A stretch of DNA of 64,000 nt from an uncultured beta proteobacterium (GCA_963824935.1 CAWGRF010000022.1:15449-79448); one strand, 5' to 3'. Positions 9,300 to 18,839 are shown, counted from the first letter of the stretch. Numbers and translations: made by a program. Notes: a model not told the origin generated them from the letters alone.

Positions 9300-10809
9300 C
9301 TAGACTACCTCTTGAAACGCCTCTTCGCGCTTCCTCTTGATGTTCGGCAGCGCAACGATCACGATCAACGCCGCGGCCGCGATCAGCAGCCCGAGCGACA
9401 ACGGCCGCGTAAAGAACACTGTGGGATCGCCGCGTGACAACAGCATCGCTCGCCGCAGATTCTCTTCCATCATCGGCCCGAGAATAAAACCCAGAATCAA
9501 CGGCGCGGGCTCGCAGCGCAGCTTGTAGAACACATAGCCCAACAGGCCAAAGGCTGCGGTTACGGTCACATCGAACGGATTGTTGTTGATCGAGTACACG
9601 CCGATCGCACAGAAAACGAGGATCGCCGGATACAACAGCCGGTAAGGCACTTTCAGCAGCTGAACCCAGATGCCGATCAAGGGCAGGTTCAAAACCACCA
9701 GCAGCAGGTTGCCGATCCACATCGACGCGATCAGGCCCCAGAACAGCGACGGGTTGCTCGACATCACTTGCGGACCCGGCTGAATGTTGTGGATCGTCAT
9801 CGCGCCGACCATCAGCGCCATCACGGCGTTCGGCGGAATGCCAAGCGTCAGCATCGGAATGAAAGAGGTCTGTGCGCCCGCGTTGTTGGCCGCCTCCGGA
9901 GCCGCGACGCCGCGGATGTTGCCCTGGCCGAACGGCGGGTTAGCGTTGCGCGTGATCTTCTTCTCGACCGTATACGCCGCGAACGCGGCGAGCAGCGCTC
10001 CACCGCCGGGCAGCACGCCGAGCACCGACCCCAGGGCGGTTCCGCGCAGCACCGCCGGAGCAGCCGTACTTGAACTCTTCCTTGTTCGGCATAAGCTTGC
10101 CGACCTTGCTGGTGAACACTTCGCGCTTGTCCTTGTGTTCGAGGTTGGCAATGATTTCTGCAAAGCCGAACACACCCATCGCAACCGCGACAAAGCCGAT
10201 GCCGTCGGCCAACTCTGGAATATCGAAATTGAAGCGCGCAACCCCGGAGTTGACGTCGGTGCCGACCAATCCCAGCAGCAGACCGAGAACGATCATCGCA
10301 ATGGCCTTGATCAGCGAGCCCGACGCCAGCACGACCGCGCCGATCAGCCCCAGCACCATCAGCGAAAAATATTCGGCTGGACCGAACTTGAACGCCAGTT
10401 CGACCATCGGCAGCGCAAGCGCTGCCACGATCAGCGTCGCAACAGTGCCAGCGAAGAACGAGCCGAGCGCGGCAGTGGCCAACGCGGCGCCCGCGCGCCC
10501 GCGACGAGCCATCTGGTAGCCGTCGATACAGGTCACCACCGACGATGATTCGCCCGGTAAATTAACCAGGATCGCTGTAGTTGATCCGCCGTATTGCGCG
10601 CCGTAGTAGATCCCGGCCAACATGATCAGCGCCGAGGTCGGCGGGAGCGCATAGGTCACCGGCAGCAGCATCGCCAGCGTGGCGACCGGGCCGATCCCGG
10701 GAAGGACGCCGATCAGCGTGCCGATCAGCACGCCGACGAAGCAGTAGAGCAGGTTCTGCAGGGTCAGCGCGGTCGCGAAGCCGAGCGCGAGATTGTTAAT
10801 GAGTTCCAT
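9300..10809 (-). pseudogene. tctA: tripartite tricarboxylate transporter large permease TctA, frameshifted
   Basis: ORF 9940..10809 (MELINNLALGFATALTLQNLLYCFVGVLIGTLIGVLPGIGP...) and ORF 9300..10241 (..AAPAVLRGTALGSVLGVLPGGGALLAAFAAYTVEKK..) are the two halves. The frames switch between EEFK and SSTAAPAVL (~10066-10075). Length is 3n+1. Confidence 0.85.
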
Positions 10810-10825
10810 CGCGTCTCCTGAGCCG

Positions 10826-11287
10826 CTAATCGCGCATGAACGCCGGCCAGACCGGGATCGTCATGCTCAGGCCATAGATGAACACCGCGTACACGAGTGC
10901 CGCCATGCCGATCGACAGCAGCAGCACATCGCGCAGCTTGAACTCATGGCCGCCGAAGCTGGACACGAGGATCAACACGAACAGCGAAACGATCAGACCA
11001 GCTGGGCGAAGCAGCAGTCCGAATGCGACCACGGCGCCGAGCACCAGCCCGAGCGCCCTGAAGTTAAACGGTTCGATCTTGCCGTCGTGACCTTCAACCG
11101 CCATTCCCTCGATCAGAACGAGCACGCCGAGCAGCAGCAGCAAACCGCCGAGCATGGTCGGGAAAAACGCCGGGCCCATGCGCGCCGCCGATCCCATGTC
11201 GTAATTCTGCGCAAATAACGCGAAGAACAAACCGAACGCGATGAACATCACGCCCGACCAGAAGTCCTTTTGGTTGCGGATTTTCAA
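10826..11287 (-). CDS. tctB: tripartite tricarboxylate transporter small subunit TctB
   Basis: TTG 11287 preceded by GGGGAGAG (5-nt spacer) gives MKIRNQKDFWSGVMFIAFGLFF..., 153 aa with four hydrophobic segments. It ends 16 nt upstream of tctA. The longest ORF reaches 11374. Confidence 0.7.
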   Translation of the reverse strand: MKIRNQKDFWSGVMFIAFGLFFALFAQNYDMGSAARMGPAFFPTMLGGLLLLLGVLVLIEGMAVEGHDGKIEPFNFRALGLVLGAVVAFGLLLRPAGLIVSLFVLILVSSFGGHEFKLRDVLLLSIGMAALVYAVFIYGLSMTIPVWPAFMRD

Positions 11288-11347
11288 CGGCACTCTCCCC
11301 GAATGGGCACGTGTTCGATTTTTCGCGACTTGCGACGCCGAGCGCTG

Positions 11348-11372
11348 GTTGGTCGCCCGCTTGTTGGTCGCC
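11348..11372. repeat. perfect 10-nt direct repeat GTTGGTCGCC x2 (15-nt period) upstream of tctB
   Basis: GTTGGTCGCC occurs at 11348-11357 and again at 11363-11372, 60-85 nt upstream of the proposed tctB start. It may be a regulator binding site; function is unknown. Confidence 0.5.
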
Positions 11373-11455
11373 AATCGCGGCGGACGATTCTAGCTAGAAC
11401 ATCGTCGTTGGCAGATAAATTGTTGGGTCGTTGCGCTTGTTGCCATGCAGCAGGG

Positions 11456-12580
11456 CTAGAACACAACCACTTGTCGGACGGCTTTACCTTCGTGCAGCAG
11501 ATCGAAGCCGCGATTGATGTCGTCGAGCGCAAGGGTTCCTGTCAGCAACCGATTGACCGGCAGGCGCCCACCGCGATAGAGATCGACATAGCGCGGAATA
11601 TCGCGCAATGGCACGCAAGTACCCACATAGCTGCCCTTGATGGTTCGCTCTTCGGCAACCAGATTGACGGCCGGCATCGGCCACGTTGCGTTGGGCGGTG
11701 GCAAGCCTGCAGTAACCGTCGTGCCGCCGCGTCGCGTGATCCGATATGCGAGCTCGAACGCGCGCGTTGCGCCCGCCATTTCGATCGCAGTGTCGACGCC
11801 GCCGCCGGTCGCGTCGCGAATCGCAGCGACGACGTCGGCGGCGGCGGCGTTGAATGCGTGCGTGGCGCCGAGCGTTTGCGCCAATGTCAGCTTGTCGTCG
11901 GCCAAATCGACTGCGATGACTTGGCGCGCACCGGCCGCTGCAGCCCCTAGCACCGAAGCCAGTCCGACGCCGCCAAGGCCGACCACCGCCACTGAAGAGC
12001 CGGCGCGCACCTGCGCGGTGTTGACCACTGCACCGACTCCTGTCAGCACCGCACAGCCAAACAGGGCCGCCTCTTGCAGCGGCAGCTCGCGATCGATCTT
12101 GATCGCGGAGCGGCGCGACACGACCGCGTGTGTCGCGAACGCGGAGCAGCCCAGATGGTGATTGATCATCTGGCCGTTGCGCGTCAGCCGGCGTGCGCCG
12201 TTGAGCAAAGTGCCGGCGCCATTGGCAGCAGCGCCCGGTTCGCACAATGCGGGGCGGCCTTCGGCGCACGGATGACAGTGGCCGCAGCTCGGGACGAATA
12301 CAAGCACGACGTGATCGCCGATCACGAGATCGTTAACGCCGTCGCCGACTTGTTCAACGATCCCGGCGGCTTCGTGACCGAGCGCCATCGGCATCGGGCG
12401 CGGCCGATCGCCGTTGATGACCGACAGATCCGAATGGCAAAGCCCGGCAGCTTTGATGCGCACCAGAATTTCGCCGGTGCCGGGCGGCGCGAGATCGAGC
12501 TCCTCAATTTTCAGCGGCCGGGAATCCGCGTATGGATGCGCGGCTCCCATCGCTTCGAGGACTGCGGCACGGATTTTCAT
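11456..12580 (-). CDS. zinc-dependent alcohol dehydrogenase family protein
   Basis: 374 aa. It has the GHEAAGIVEQVG catalytic-Zn motif, the structural-Zn cluster CGHCHPCAEGRPALC and the GLGGVGLA NAD fold. Confidence 0.9.
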   Translation of the reverse strand: MKIRAAVLEAMGAAHPYADSRPLKIEELDLAPPGTGEILVRIKAAGLCHSDLSVINGDRPRPMPMALGHEAAGIVEQVGDGVNDLVIGDHVVLVFVPSCGHCHPCAEGRPALCEPGAAANGAGTLLNGARRLTRNGQMINHHLGCSAFATHAVVSRRSAIKIDRELPLQEAALFGCAVLTGVGAVVNTAQVRAGSSVAVVGLGGVGLASVLGAAAAGARQVIAVDLADDKLTLAQTLGATHAFNAAAADVVAAIRDATGGGVDTAIEMAGATRAFELAYRITRRGGTTVTAGLPPPNATWPMPAVNLVAEERTIKGSYVGTCVPLRDIPRYVDLYRGGRLPVNRLLTGTLALDDINRGFDLLHEGKAVRQVVVF

Positions 12581-12587
12581 GGAGTCG

Positions 12588-13619
12588 TCACGAATTCGAT
12601 AGTCGACGCAAGATCGCCTGCGTTACATGCTTCGTCGTTGCGCTACCGCCCAGATCCCCGGTGCGCACGCCATCGTCGCGCAACGTCGAATGGATCGCCG
12701 CGCGAAGTCTTTGCGCAGCTTCGTGCTTGCCGACATGATCGAGCATCAGCCCCGCGGCGAGTAGCAGCGCGACCGGGTTGGCTACTCCTTTGCCGGCGAT
12801 ATCAGGCGCCGAGCCGTGCACTGCTTCGAAGATCGCCGCGTCGGTGCCTATGTTTGCCCCGGGTGCCATGCCAAGCCCGCCGACCAGTCCCGCGATTTCG
12901 TCGGACAAGATGTCGCCGAACAAATTGGTGGTCACGATCACGTCGAATTGCCACGGCTTCAGCACAAGCTGCATCGCGCAGGCGTCGATGATGCGATCGT
13001 CCATTGCGACCTTGCCCTCGTATTTCGTTGCGACTTCGCGTGCCGTCTCAAGAAAGATTCCAGACAGTACCTTCAGCACATTGGCTTTATGCACGATCGT
13101 GACTTTCTTGCGACCGTTCTTTAGCGCGTAGTCGAACGCAAACTCGGCGATACGGCGCGATCCTGCGCGCGTGTTGACGCCCGATGAAATGGCGGCCGCG
13201 TGCGGATCGCCGTCGATAGGGATGTAGTGCTCGAAGCCGATGTAAAAGCCTTCGAGGTTTTCGCGCACCAGCACGATGTCGATGTCTTCATAGCGTCCGC
13301 CCGGAATCAACGTACGCGCTGGGCGTACATTCGCGTACAGCTTGAACTCCTCGCGCAGCCGCACGTTCACCGAACGAAAACCGCCACCCACTGGCGTCGT
13401 GAGCGGCCCCTTAAGTGCGAGTCGCGTGCGCCGGATGCTGTCGAGTAGTGCCGGCGGCAGCGGGTCGCCCGATTTTTCGACGGCCGCCATCCCGCCTTGT
13501 TGAACGTCCCACACAAACGGCTTGCCCAGAGCGTCGAGAATCTCGACGACCGCCGCAGTGATCTCGGGCCCGATGCCGTCGCCCGAGATTAAAGTTGCGC
13601 GGATTGATTGCGAGGTCAA
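12588..13619 (-). CDS. isocitrate/isopropylmalate/tartrate-type beta-decarboxylating dehydrogenase
   Basis: 343 aa with a TTG start. It carries ISGDGIGPEI, LVRENLEGFY, NLFGDILSDE and GSAPDIAGKGVANP. It ends 7 nt upstream of the ADH gene, so the two probably form an operon. Confidence 0.85.
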   Translation of the reverse strand: MTSQSIRATLISGDGIGPEITAAVVEILDALGKPFVWDVQQGGMAAVEKSGDPLPPALLDSIRRTRLALKGPLTTPVGGGFRSVNVRLREEFKLYANVRPARTLIPGGRYEDIDIVLVRENLEGFYIGFEHYIPIDGDPHAAAISSGVNTRAGSRRIAEFAFDYALKNGRKKVTIVHKANVLKVLSGIFLETAREVATKYEGKVAMDDRIIDACAMQLVLKPWQFDVIVTTNLFGDILSDEIAGLVGGLGMAPGANIGTDAAIFEAVHGSAPDIAGKGVANPVALLLAAGLMLDHVGKHEAAQRLRAAIHSTLRDDGVRTGDLGGSATTKHVTQAILRRLSNS

Positions 13620-13636
13620 GACAAGGTAACTCGCGT

Positions 13637-13695
13637 AGCGTTAAAGTGGGTCATGCAAGCAATTCGGCGACATCGTAGTCCAGCGCTTTGCCATG
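13637..13695 (+). repeat. copy 1 of a 59-bp direct repeat (about 90% identical to 16773..16831)
   Basis: agcgttaaagtgggtcatgcaagcaattcggcgacatcgtagtccagcgctttgccatg aligns with copy 2 with 4 substitutions and 2 single-base indels. There is no similarity beyond either end. Confidence 0.85.
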
Positions 13696-13834
13696 TCCCT
13701 GGCACGATGTGGAATGTTCATGCTACATTTTTTGGAAAATAGAACAAAAATACTGAAGCAATAACAAGCGTGGTCGAAGCATGTGCCACGTGCGCTCAGG
13801 TCGCAGGCAGTTTTCAAACCGCAAAGGAGACAAC

Positions 13835-14829
13835 ATGGAGCGTCGTGATTTCTTCAAAGTGTGCGCGTCGGCAGTGGTCGTTTGCTCCGCGAGCCTGACG
13901 GGCACCGCATGGGCCCAGGACAAGCAGGTCTGGAAAGCCTCGGATGTCCATCCAATCGGTTATCCGACGGTCGAGGCGATTCAGCGCATGGGCAAGAAGC
14001 TGGAGAAGGAGACCAACGGCCGCATCTCAATCCAGATGTACCCGTCGATGCAGCTCGGCGGTGAGAAGGAGATGATCGAGCAGGCGCAGGTCGGCGCCTT
14101 GCAGATTGCGCGCATTTCGGTCGGCGCGATGGGCCCGGTGGTGGATGAGCTCAACGTCTTCAATCTGCCCTTCGTTTTCCGCGACGAAGCGCACATGCGC
14201 AAAGTGATCGACGGTCCGATCGGTCAGGGGCTGCTGGAGAAGATCACGGCCAACCCGCAGTCGCGGCTGGTGGTGCTGGGATGGATGGACGCCGGCACGC
14301 GCAACGTCTACTCGAACAAGCCGGTGACCAAGCCCGAGGACTTGAAGGGCCAGAAGATCCGCATGATGGGCAACCCGCTGTTCGTCGAGACGATGAACGC
14401 GATGGGTGGCAACGGCGTCGCGATGGGATTTAACGAGCTCTTCGGTGCGCTGCAGACCGGAGTGGTGGACGGCGCGGAGAACAATCCACCGACGCTGCTG
14501 GCCCAGAACCACTACACGGTGAGCAAGGTGTACAGCCTGACCGGGCACCTGATCATTCCCGAGATCTTCGTGTTTTCGAAGCGCAGTTGGGACAGCCTGT
14601 CCAAGAGCGATCAGGATCTGGTGCGCAAGCTTGTCACGCGAGGCGCAACTGGAGCAACGCCAACTGTGGGATGCCTATGTCGGCGAAGCCGAGGCCAAGC
14701 TGAAAGCCGCCGGCGTCAAGTTCGTCCCGGCCGACAAGGCCGCGTTCTACAAGGCTACGCAGCCGATTCGCGACAAATACGGCGCCAAGTACGCCGTGCA
14801 TTCTGAAGCAGATCGAAGAAACGAAATAG
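13835..14829 (+). pseudogene. dctP: TRAP transporter solute-binding protein DctP, two frameshifts
   Basis: ATG 13835 (AAAGGAGA RBS) gives MERRDFFKVCASAVVVCSASLTGTAWAQ, then a DctP-family body. The reading switches at ~14630 to SREAQLEQRQLWDAYVGEAEAKLKAAGVKFVPADKAAFYKATQPIRDKYGAKYA (ORF 14631..14840). It switches again at ~14802 to LKQIEETK followed by a stop (14827-14829). Length is 3n+2. Confidence 0.8.
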
Positions 14830-14895
14830 ATCTGTCATAGGGCACGCGGCGCCGTTCTACCCGCGTGCCCTTTCTGTGTCCCGGTTCGACGCCGC

Positions 14896-15420
14896 ATGAC
14901 CGCCAAGCAGCGCTACCGCGAGGCGATGGAGTGGTTGTACATCGCGTGCATCGGCATCTCGGGAGTGGGACTCGTCGTCATCACGCTGATGATTCCGATC
15001 GGCGTGTTCATGCGCTACGCGATGAACAATCCGCAGTCGTGGCCTGAACCCGCCGCGGTGGTTCTAATGGTGATGTTGTCGTTCCTCGGCGGCGCCGCGG
15101 TGTACCGCGCCAACGTGCACGTTGCGGTGGAGGCGCTGCTCAACGCGGTGAGTCCGGCAAAGCGCCGCATGATGTTGTGGGCTGTGGATGCATGCGTGGG
15201 AGCCACGGCGCTGTTCATGATCTTCTACGGCATTCAGTTGTGCATTACGACGCGCTTCCAGACGATGGCCGAATTCCCGTGGCTCTCGGTGGCGTTTGTC
15301 TACGCACCGATTCCGCTCAGCGGCTTGGTCACGTTGCTCTTTCTGATCGAGCGAGTGTGGATCGGCAGCCCGCCGAAGACATCGGTCATGTACCGCGATG
15401 GCGCAACCGAGCTCGAATAA
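14896..15420 (+). CDS. dctQ: TRAP transporter small permease DctQ
   Basis: 174 aa with four hydrophobic segments, positioned between dctP and dctM. Confidence 0.85.
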   Translation: MTAKQRYREAMEWLYIACIGISGVGLVVITLMIPIGVFMRYAMNNPQSWPEPAAVVLMVMLSFLGGAAVYRANVHVAVEALLNAVSPAKRRMMLWAVDACVGATALFMIFYGIQLCITTRFQTMAEFPWLSVAFVYAPIPLSGLVTLLFLIERVWIGSPPKTSVMYRDGATELE

Positions 15421-15423
15421 GTA

Positions 15424-16704
15424 ATGGACATCCTGGTCCTGCTGGGATCGTTCGCCGTTCTTTGCGCGCTGGGGGTGCCGGTCGCGTATGCGCTCGGTTT
15501 GTCCGCGCTGATCGCGGCGATGTGGATCGACATCCCGCTCGAAGCCGTGATGCTGAAGATCTCCGACGGCACCGACGACTTCGCGCTGCTTGCGATTCCG
15601 TTCTTCGTGCTGGCGGGCGGCATCATGGCCGAAGGCGGAATGGCGGTGCGCCTGATCAATCTCGCGAAAGTTTTTGTCGGGTTCATTCGCGGCGGCCTGG
15701 CGCTGGTGAACATTCTCGCCAGCACGCTGTTCGGTTGCATCTCGGGATCGTCGGTCGCCGACACGGCGTCGATCGGCTCGGTAATGATTCCGCAGATGGT
15801 GAAGGCGGGCTACCCGCGCGTGTTCGCCACCAACGTCACGATCTGCGGGTCAGTGCAGGCGCTGATGATTCCGCCGTCGCACAACGCCGTCATCTATTCG
15901 CTGGCGGCGGGCGGAACAATCTCAATTGCCCATCTGTTTCTGGCCGGCATCTTCCCCGGCCTGTTATTCGGGCTCTGTCTGATCGGACTCGTGTTGTGGA
16001 CGGCGCACAAGCGCGGCTATCCGAAGAGCGAACCGGTTCCGCTCAGTTCCTTGCCCAAGATCATCATCGACGCGCTGTGGGGTCTGGGCACTGTCGTGAT
16101 CATCATGGGCGGCATCCTGTCCGGCATCTTCACGCCGACGGAATCGGCGGCGGTCGCATGCGTCTACGCGTTCCTGGTGACGTTTCTCATCTATCGCGAC
16201 TACACGTGGCGCGAGCTGCCGCGTCTGGTACATCGTGTCGTCAAGACCGTAGCGATGGTGATGCTGCTGATCGGATTCTCGGTCGCCTTCGGCTACATGA
16301 TGGCGATCATGCAGATCCCGGCGAAGGTCACGGCCTTCTTTCTATCGATCTCCGACAACAAGTACGTGTTCCTGCTGCTGGTCAATGTCCTGCTGTTGCT
16401 GCTGGGCACGTTCATGGATCTGGCGCCGATGCTGTTGATCTGCACGCCGATCTTCCTGCCGGTGATCGCCAAGTTTGGAATCGACCCGGTTCACTTCGGC
16501 ATGATCATGATTCTCAACCTGGGTATCGGGCTGATCACGCCACCGGTGGGACCGACATTGTTCGTCGGCTGCGCGATCGGCAAGGTCACGATGGAGCAGG
16601 TGTCGAAGGAACTGTGGCCGTTCTATGGCGCGATGTGTTTGGCGCTTCTACTCGTGACCTACATTCCGGCCATTTCGCTGTGGCTGCCGGGTTTGATGAA
16701 ATAA
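15424..16704 (+). CDS. dctM: TRAP transporter large permease DctM
   Basis: 426 aa, about 12 TM segments. It starts 3 nt after the dctQ stop. DctM-family pattern (FFVLAGGIMAEGGMA, GIGLITPPVGP). Confidence 0.9.
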   Translation: MDILVLLGSFAVLCALGVPVAYALGLSALIAAMWIDIPLEAVMLKISDGTDDFALLAIPFFVLAGGIMAEGGMAVRLINLAKVFVGFIRGGLALVNILASTLFGCISGSSVADTASIGSVMIPQMVKAGYPRVFATNVTICGSVQALMIPPSHNAVIYSLAAGGTISIAHLFLAGIFPGLLFGLCLIGLVLWTAHKRGYPKSEPVPLSSLPKIIIDALWGLGTVVIIMGGILSGIFTPTESAAVACVYAFLVTFLIYRDYTWRELPRLVHRVVKTVAMVMLLIGFSVAFGYMMAIMQIPAKVTAFFLSISDNKYVFLLLVNVLLLLLGTFMDLAPMLLICTPIFLPVIAKFGIDPVHFGMIMILNLGIGLITPPVGPTLFVGCAIGKVTMEQVSKELWPFYGAMCLALLLVTYIPAISLWLPGLMK

Positions 16705-16772
16705 AGCTGTCACATTGAACGCTTGATCTGCTCGACGCGCTTCACGCCAAGCGCGCCCGGTGCTTTGCCGGA

Positions 16773-16831
16773 AGCGTTAAAGTCAGTCCTGCAAGCAAGT
16801 TCGGCGACATCGTAGTCAAGCGCTTGCCATG
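16773..16831 (+). repeat. copy 2 of the 59-bp direct repeat; ends with the ATG of the hydrolase-LuxR gene
   Basis: agcgttaaagtcagtcctgcaagcaagttcggcgacatcgtagtcaagcgcttgccatg. It contains the 6-bp inverted pair GCAAGC...GCTTGC. Its last three bases are start codon 16829-16831. Confidence 0.85.
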
Positions 16832-17905
16832 GCGACGTTCAAACAGGAGATCCGCTTTTGTACCGGTCACGACGGCGTCCGCATCGCCTACGCAACGTCC
16901 GGCCGCGGTCCGCCGCTGGTCAAGGCGGCTAACTGGCTCAGCCATCTGGAATTTGACGCCGGCAGTCCCGTTTGGAGCCACCTGATGATCGAGCTGTCCC
17001 GTCACCACACGCTGATCCGGTATGACGAGCGCGGCTGCGGGCTATCGGATCGTGATGTGCCCGATCTGTCGTTCGACGCCTGGCTGCGTGATCTTGAAAC
17101 GGTGGTCGACGCTGCGCAGGTTGAACGCTTCCCGCTGCTCGGCATCTCCCAGGGCGCGTCGATCGCTGTGGCCTACGCGGTCCGCCATCCAGAGCGCGTA
17201 TCGCATCTGATTCTGCACGGCGGCTATGCGCGCGGTCGACTGAAGCGTGACGCGTCACCGCAGCAGCGCGAGGAAGCTGAATTGATGAATCGGCTTGCCG
17301 AAATCGGCTGGGGGCAGGAAAACCCCGCCTTCCGACAGTTTTTTACAACGCAATACATTCCTGGCGGCACGGCAGAACAGCACCACTGGCTCAACGAACT
17401 CGAGCGCGTGTCGACCTCGCCCTTCAACGCGGCGCGCTTCATGCGCGAGTTCAACGAGATCGATGTAGTGGATCTGCTGCCACGCGTGTCGTGTCCGACC
17501 CTGGTGCTGCACGCCAACCGCGATGTGCGGGTACCGTTCGACGAGGGCCGTCTGATTGCAGGCCTGATCCCAGGTGCCCGCTTCGTGCCGCTTGAAAGCG
17601 ACAATCACTTGCTGCTCGAAGGCGAGCGGGCGTGGCGTCGCTGGGCCGATGAGGTGCGCGCATTCTTGCCGACAACGGTTGCGGCAAGCGATCCGGCGTT
17701 TTCCGCGCTGACGACGCGCGAGCGAGGCCTGCTCGAGTTGATTGCGCAGGGGCGCGACAATGCGCAGATCGCGGCTGCTTTGTCTTTGAGCGAAAAGACG
17801 GTGCGCAACCACATCACCCGTATCTTCTCCAAGCTCGAGGTCGAGAATCGGCCGCAAGCAATCGTGATGGCACGCAAGGCCGGCTTCGGCGGGCTGGTCC
17901 ACTAG
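16829..17905 (+). CDS. alpha/beta-hydrolase domain fused to LuxR/GerE-type HTH transcriptional regulator
   Basis: 358 aa. Residues 1-~270 are an alpha/beta-hydrolase fold (nucleophile elbow GISQGAS, late SDNH). Residues ~290-358 are LTTRERGLLELIAQGRDNAQIAAALSLSEKTVRNHITRIFSKLEV. There is no obvious SD before the ATG. Confidence 0.85.
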   Translation: MATFKQEIRFCTGHDGVRIAYATSGRGPPLVKAANWLSHLEFDAGSPVWSHLMIELSRHHTLIRYDERGCGLSDRDVPDLSFDAWLRDLETVVDAAQVERFPLLGISQGASIAVAYAVRHPERVSHLILHGGYARGRLKRDASPQQREEAELMNRLAEIGWGQENPAFRQFFTTQYIPGGTAEQHHWLNELERVSTSPFNAARFMREFNEIDVVDLLPRVSCPTLVLHANRDVRVPFDEGRLIAGLIPGARFVPLESDNHLLLEGERAWRRWADEVRAFLPTTVAASDPAFSALTTRERGLLELIAQGRDNAQIAAALSLSEKTVRNHITRIFSKLEVENRPQAIVMARKAGFGGLVH

Positions 17906-18043
17906 GGACCTCGGTCCTACTCTTTTGCCGCCGGGCGGCGCGATAACCGGCGTCGTTCGGGACGTAGGTCTCACTACGCGAGCGCGATCGGTCCGGACAA
18001 TTCGCCCCCTCATGAATTGTTCGACATCACTCCCAGCACCGAT

Positions 18044-18289
18044 ATGACCACGATAGTGACGCGCCGCCGGTTGGCCAGCGCGCCGGTTCAATTAGACGCC
18101 GTCTTGAATGTGTTCGCGCAGCGCTTGTTGGCAGCGAAGAAGAACTTCGATGCCGCCTGGCGCAGGCGCAGCCGCGCCGCCATCGTGATACGCGAGCTCA
18201 GGAACATGAGCGACCGCGAGTTGCACGACATCGGGCTGGATCGCAGCGACATTCCGCGCATCGCGCTGGAAGAGCAGCAGGAAGCCTAG
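18044..18289 (+). CDS. DUF1127 domain-containing small protein
   Basis: The C-terminal ELRNMSDRELHDIGLDRSDI matches the DUF1127 (YjiS-like) signature. The start is uncertain (ATG 18044 or 18017). Confidence 0.6.
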   Translation: MTTIVTRRRLASAPVQLDAVLNVFAQRLLAAKKNFDAAWRRRSRAAIVIRELRNMSDRELHDIGLDRSDIPRIALEEQQEA

Positions 18290-18411
18290 TAAAGAATGTT
18301 CGATCCGATCTGCATCCGATCGCTACCCCGCCTCGTATGTGTGCTCGGTTGCCCACTCATATCCCTAGATCTCCTTAAATCTCACTTAACCCCTAAAGAA
18401 AGAGGAAATCG

Positions 18412-18831
18412 ATGAAACGCCTGTTCGTATTTGCCGCTATCGCGGCTGCTGTAGCAGCCTCCCACGCCAACCCGACTCACGTCTCCAATGGTGTGATGGC
18501 CAGCAAGGAAGGTAAGACGCTGTACACGTTCGACAAGGACGTTGCCGGCAAGAGCAATTGCAACGGCGGTTGCGCTACGGCGTGGCCTCCGTTCATGGTC
18601 GCCAATCCGGCCCTTTCCGGCGGTGACTTTTCGATCATCAAGCGCGACGACGGCGCATCGCAATGGGCCTTCAAGGGCAAGCCGCTGTATTTCTTCGCGG
18701 GCGACGCCAAGGCGGGTGATGTCAACGGCGACAAGCAGGGCGGCGTATGGCACGTGATCCGCAACGAGGCGAAGAAAACGTCGGCCATCACGTCGGATCT
18801 GAGCGCACAGGCCAACTACATCTACTACTGA
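18412..18831 (+). CDS. secreted repeat protein / predicted lipoprotein (COG4315-like)
   Basis: AAGAGGAAA RBS and signal peptide MKRLFVFAAIAAAVAASHA. It has duplicated GKxLYxF motifs (EGKTLYTFDKD, KGKPLYFFAGD) and CNGGCATAWPP. Confidence 0.75.
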   Translation: MKRLFVFAAIAAAVAASHANPTHVSNGVMASKEGKTLYTFDKDVAGKSNCNGGCATAWPPFMVANPALSGGDFSIIKRDDGASQWAFKGKPLYFFAGDAKAGDVNGDKQGGVWHVIRNEAKKTSAITSDLSAQANYIYY

Positions 18832-18839
18832 AACGTGTT

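Noticed and set aside
13699-13715. sigma-54-like -24 element CTGGCACGATGTGGAAT about 120 nt upstream of dctP
   Set aside because: The -24 half (TGGCACG) is perfect, but the -12 position reads GGAAT instead of TTGC. The essential GC dinucleotide is missing, so I cannot call it a promoter.
15177-16718. 513-aa + strand ORF overlapping dctQ/dctM
   Set aside because: It is an alternative frame of dctM with a low-complexity Arg/Gly-rich translation. The DctM frame is hydrophobic and family-typical.
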